In this document: positions 60,935-64,000 of the stretch, in pieces | How positions within the stretch are numbered: the first letter of the stretch is position 1 | Layout: every line of letters begins with the position of its first letter | NCBI GenBank assembly: GCA_047972425.1 | Contig: JBKEAR010000039.1 | Coordinates: 20,127-84,126, forward strand | Source of the DNA: Alphaproteobacteria bacterium | Lineage (GTDB): Bacteria > Pseudomonadota > Alphaproteobacteria > JBKEAR01 | Length of the DNA: 64,000 nt | Direction: 5' to 3' | Program-made: the position numbers and the translations under genes | Notes under the pieces: model-generated | Told to the model about the DNA's origin: nothing | What the model saw: the letters and a program-made list of their open reading frames with translations, nothing else | The model's database searches: none

Positions 60935-62962
60935 TTATCTCAACCGCTTTGGAATACCACCGTTAGCCATGATAGATGTGAGTGTTTCATCTTCATCTAC
61001 ATCATCAAAAATTGTGCGATAAACAAGCAAATTTTCTAAAACATGTTGCACATAACCACGAGTTTCTTCTATCGGGATATTTTCTACCCATTCAATGGCA
61101 TCTACATTTTTCGATCTCGGGTCGCCATAAGTTTTTATCCATTGGTTTGCTCTTCCGGGGCCCGCATTATATGCAACAGCAGCTAATATATAGCTTCCGT
61201 CAAATCGGCTTACTTGGTCAGCCAAGTAATGTGTACCCAAAGTAATGTTATAATCCTTTGTAAATAATTTTGATGTTCCCGACCAACCTAAGCCATATTT
61301 TCCGGCGGTTTCTTTGGCTGTTGCAGGCATTAATTGCATATAACCTTTGGCTCCAGCATGAGAGCCAACATCCATATCAAATGCACTCTCTTGGCGGATA
61401 ATTGCATGTATCAACGATTTCTCTAAGCGTTCATAACCGGCCGAGTTTTTGACAGTTGGTATGGATATTGTTGGGTAAAGCTCACTCATCAACACATAAT
61501 CGCCCGAGCGATCTAATTGCTTTGCCATCGAGAGTGCAGCATCTGGTAGGTCAATAGAACGTGCCCATAAAGCGCAGGATTTTATAACATTAGAGCCCGA
61601 ACCTTCGGGGCAAGCCGATGTTGCAAAGGCACGCGCTTCTCTTGAACGTCCATTTTTTACCAACATTTCGGCAATATTGGCTAATCTATTTTCTCCAGTT
61701 GTTGGGATTGCTAAATATGCATTGCCAATTTTTAATGGTAATGCACGTTCTTCCATAATTTTTTGCGGTACAGAAACCCCTGCCTTACCCGCAGCTAATT
61801 GACCATAATATGTATGGGCAAATTGTGCTCCTTTTTGATACCAAGCTTGGGCTTCGGCTGATTGCCCAGCTTTTTCCATACTACGCCCAGCCCAAAAGGC
61901 ACCCCGGGCACGTTGTGCCGGATTATTTGCTTTGTTATATAAATTGCCAAAATGCTCAGCGGCAATATTTTCCCAGCCATTCACTTTATAAGCTGCACGC
62001 CCTGCAAGCCATTCACCATCTGTAAAGACGGATGAAGAACCATCACTACTCCCATGTGATGCGGCAATTTTTGTAGCCGTTTTATATTTTTTTAGGTTAT
62101 AAGCATCTTTACTGGCTTTTTCTTGCACACGCCACCACATTGTTGTCCAGTCATTCGGCCGGCCAGCATCAAATGCTAAATCAATCGCACCTTGGGTTAG
62201 TCCTTTATTTTGCCGCCAACGGATACGTTCGTATTGCAAACCTTCATTCGATTTTAAATTAGCCGGCACAGCTGCAATAAGTGCATTCACGTTATTACCA
62301 TCATAACGTAATGCAATTCGGGCTTCGGATAATTTTTCCCAATCCTTTGGAACATAAGAATACATACGCCGAGCCTCAGAAGCTGCACCTAAATATAATA
62401 AATTATCCAAACGACGAATATGATCATCTTGTGTCAAATACCCTTTATATCTTCCCAAATAGTCAGCAGCTAATGCGGGTTTAAAGCGACTTAATGCCCA
62501 ACCATCTTTTACTAATTTTGCAAAATTTTCGGGCTTTCCATTTTGTTCTAATGCATGTAAATAATAATACCATCCTTGCCCTGTTGAAGGCACAATGCCG
62601 GCCTGATAAAAATTAACAATATCCGATGCTGGTGTTGCGGATGAGAATGTTTCTTCTATTCGGCGTTTAATTAGGCTGCTATTGGGCCAATAGCGCCAAC
62701 CGGCATTACGGCGGATAAAATTGAGCGCTTCCACATCGTTAATCTCTACATTACTATTGGTTGTTAGGCGTTTCCACCGTAAATAATCCGATACCTCTAA
62801 TTGTCCGGCATTTTGTGCCGCAACAATATGGCTGGGTTCCGGATAATTTTTCCAACCGCTAAAATATGTTTGAACTTGTGCATGAGAAAATGAGCTAAGG
62901 AAAATTGCCGAGCTTAACATCCCGGCTTTTATCGCTGTTGAAAATATGGTATTTTGATTCAT
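60935..62962 (-). CDS. Soluble lytic murein transglycosylase (Slt family)
   Basis: Signal peptide; superhelical N-terminal region; C-terminal SLT domain (ESAFD..GYMQLMP..AYNAGPGR). Confidence 0.8.
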   Translation of the reverse strand: MNQNTIFSTAIKAGMLSSAIFLSSFSHAQVQTYFSGWKNYPEPSHIVAAQNAGQLEVSDYLRWKRLTTNSNVEINDVEALNFIRRNAGWRYWPNSSLIKRRIEETFSSATPASDIVNFYQAGIVPSTGQGWYYYLHALEQNGKPENFAKLVKDGWALSRFKPALAADYLGRYKGYLTQDDHIRRLDNLLYLGAASEARRMYSYVPKDWEKLSEARIALRYDGNNVNALIAAVPANLKSNEGLQYERIRWRQNKGLTQGAIDLAFDAGRPNDWTTMWWRVQEKASKDAYNLKKYKTATKIAASHGSSDGSSSVFTDGEWLAGRAAYKVNGWENIAAEHFGNLYNKANNPAQRARGAFWAGRSMEKAGQSAEAQAWYQKGAQFAHTYYGQLAAGKAGVSVPQKIMEERALPLKIGNAYLAIPTTGENRLANIAEMLVKNGRSREARAFATSACPEGSGSNVIKSCALWARSIDLPDAALSMAKQLDRSGDYVLMSELYPTISIPTVKNSAGYERLEKSLIHAIIRQESAFDMDVGSHAGAKGYMQLMPATAKETAGKYGLGWSGTSKLFTKDYNITLGTHYLADQVSRFDGSYILAAVAYNAGPGRANQWIKTYGDPRSKNVDAIEWVENIPIEETRGYVQHVLENLLVYRTIFDDVDEDETLTSIMANGGIPKRLR

Positions 62963-63122
62963 AATTTATCCCAAAATTTAATAAAAAACTTGCGAAAGCA
63001 TTGTTTTTAAGGCATCGTATAGCCAGATTCATAACTATATTAAAATCTAGACATTATTGTGATGCTAATTGGTTAAAAGAATCATAACGTGAATACAGTT
63101 TTCAACTTAAGGAGCAATAAAA

Positions 63123-63995
63123 ATGATGAGAGGATATTTACCGGCGTTAATCACCCCATTTAAAAATGGTTTGGTGGATGAAAAGCGGTTTGCAGACTTA
63201 GTTGAGTTTCAGATAAAGAACGGTACTCGGGGGTTGGTGCCGGTTGGAACAACAGGTGAGTCGCCAACTGTAAGCTACAAAGAGCATGAGCGTATTGTCG
63301 ATATATGTATTGAAGCTGCTGCGGGCAGAGTTCCTGTAATTGCAGGCGCAGGATCGAATTCAACAAGCGAAGCTATTGGATTTTCTGAACATGCTAAAAA
63401 ATCTGGAGCCGATGCAACACTTATTGTTACCCCCTATTACAACAAGCCCACACAAGAAGGCTTAAAAGCCCATTATTTAGCCATTGCCAATGCTGTGGAT
63501 ATTCCATTATATATTTATAATATCCCCGGTCGTTCTGTTATTGATATGAGTTGCGAAACAATGGCAGAGCTTGCTAAACACCCTAATATTGTGGGTGTTA
63601 AAGATGCCACAGCCGATTTAACACGCCCTGTAACAATGCGGCGTTTAGCGGGTAAGGATTTTAACCAATTAACCGGTGAAGATGGTACGGTTTTGCCATT
63701 TTTAGCGGCTGGTGGCCATGGTTGTATTTCGGTAACGGCAAATATTGCCCCACGCTTATGTGCTGATTTATTTGAAGCATGGGAAAATAAGGATCTAGAA
63801 AAGGCGCTTGAGCTTCATACAAAGTTGATGCCATTGCATCAGGCTATGTTCTGTTCAACATCGCCAGGGCCTGTTAAATATGCTGCAGAGCTTTTGGGTT
63901 TATGCTCGGCTGAGACGCGCCTGCCAGTTGTACCGATTGATGAAGCCTCTCGTAAAAAAGTGGAAGAAGCCCTTAAAATGGTTGGGCTCATTTAG
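63123..63995 (+). CDS. dapA: 4-hydroxy-tetrahydrodipicolinate synthase DapA
   Basis: GTTGES motif, Schiff-base Lys (GVKDAT), Y-N-I-P; AAGGAG RBS. Confidence 0.9.
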   Translation: MMRGYLPALITPFKNGLVDEKRFADLVEFQIKNGTRGLVPVGTTGESPTVSYKEHERIVDICIEAAAGRVPVIAGAGSNSTSEAIGFSEHAKKSGADATLIVTPYYNKPTQEGLKAHYLAIANAVDIPLYIYNIPGRSVIDMSCETMAELAKHPNIVGVKDATADLTRPVTMRRLAGKDFNQLTGEDGTVLPFLAAGGHGCISVTANIAPRLCADLFEAWENKDLEKALELHTKLMPLHQAMFCSTSPGPVKYAAELLGLCSAETRLPVVPIDEASRKKVEEALKMVGLI

Positions 63996-64000
63996 GTAGA

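Noticed and set aside
1-64000. CRISPR arrays, IS elements, transposases, prophage, restriction-modification or toxin-antitoxin modules
   Set aside because: No regularly spaced direct repeats. No transposase, integrase or phage structural motifs in any frame. The only tandem DNA repeat is the 15-bp duplication inside the PCuAC gene.

Overview
This 64-kb window is a chromosomal segment of an AT-rich genome, roughly 35-40% GC by eye. The gene order looks alphaproteobacterial: ihfA-merR, yceD-rpmF-plsX-fabH, acpS-lepB-rnc-era-recO, spoT-rpoZ, parE/parC rather than gyrAB, and hemB/rpiB/glyA. The exact lineage cannot be determined from sequence alone. A host-associated Rickettsiales- or Holosporales-like organism is an inference only.

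The window is densely packed with housekeeping genes on both strands:
- amtB, parE and a fused SbmA/BacA-like ABC importer.
- A complete ISC Fe-S operon on the minus strand (cysE-iscR-iscS-iscU-iscA-hscB-hscA-fdx-iscX), with an IscR-type-1-like box overlapping its putative promoter.
- tyrS, a giant AsmA-family protein, glnE and bcp.
- A periplasmic copper-delivery cluster: cyt c, TlpA-like, Sco1, YVTN propeller, PCuAC.
- A GNAT, a Suv3-like helicase with an overlapping S4-domain gene, and carD.
- mfd, sdhE, recG and tRNA-Pro(GGG).
- merR-ihfA, fabH-plsX-rpmF-yceD and bamE.
- msrAB, glyA, rpiB and hemB.
- A TRAP transporter with dctP convergent to dctQM.
- parC, recO-era-rnc-lepB-acpS, DUF2062, spoT/rsh, rpoZ and folK.

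No CRISPR arrays, transposases, integrases or prophage genes were seen.

The stand-out region is 56.3-60.9 kb. It is a tight co-directional cluster of a NYN-domain protein, a ThrH-like HAD phosphatase and three tandem, diverged paralogues of about 360-380 aa.
- Each paralogue carries the full set of sialylmotifs of eukaryotic-type CAZy GT29 sialyltransferases, including near-verbatim L- and S-motifs.
- Each is fused to a divergent N-terminal helical domain in place of the eukaryotic TM and stem.
- None has a signal peptide, and the disulfide cysteines are lost.
- No CMP-sugar biosynthesis genes are linked.

This looks like an uncharacterised bacterial GT29-like glycosyltransferase module. It may be host-derived or an effector. 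It is flanked downstream by a convergent lytic transglycosylase and by dapA.
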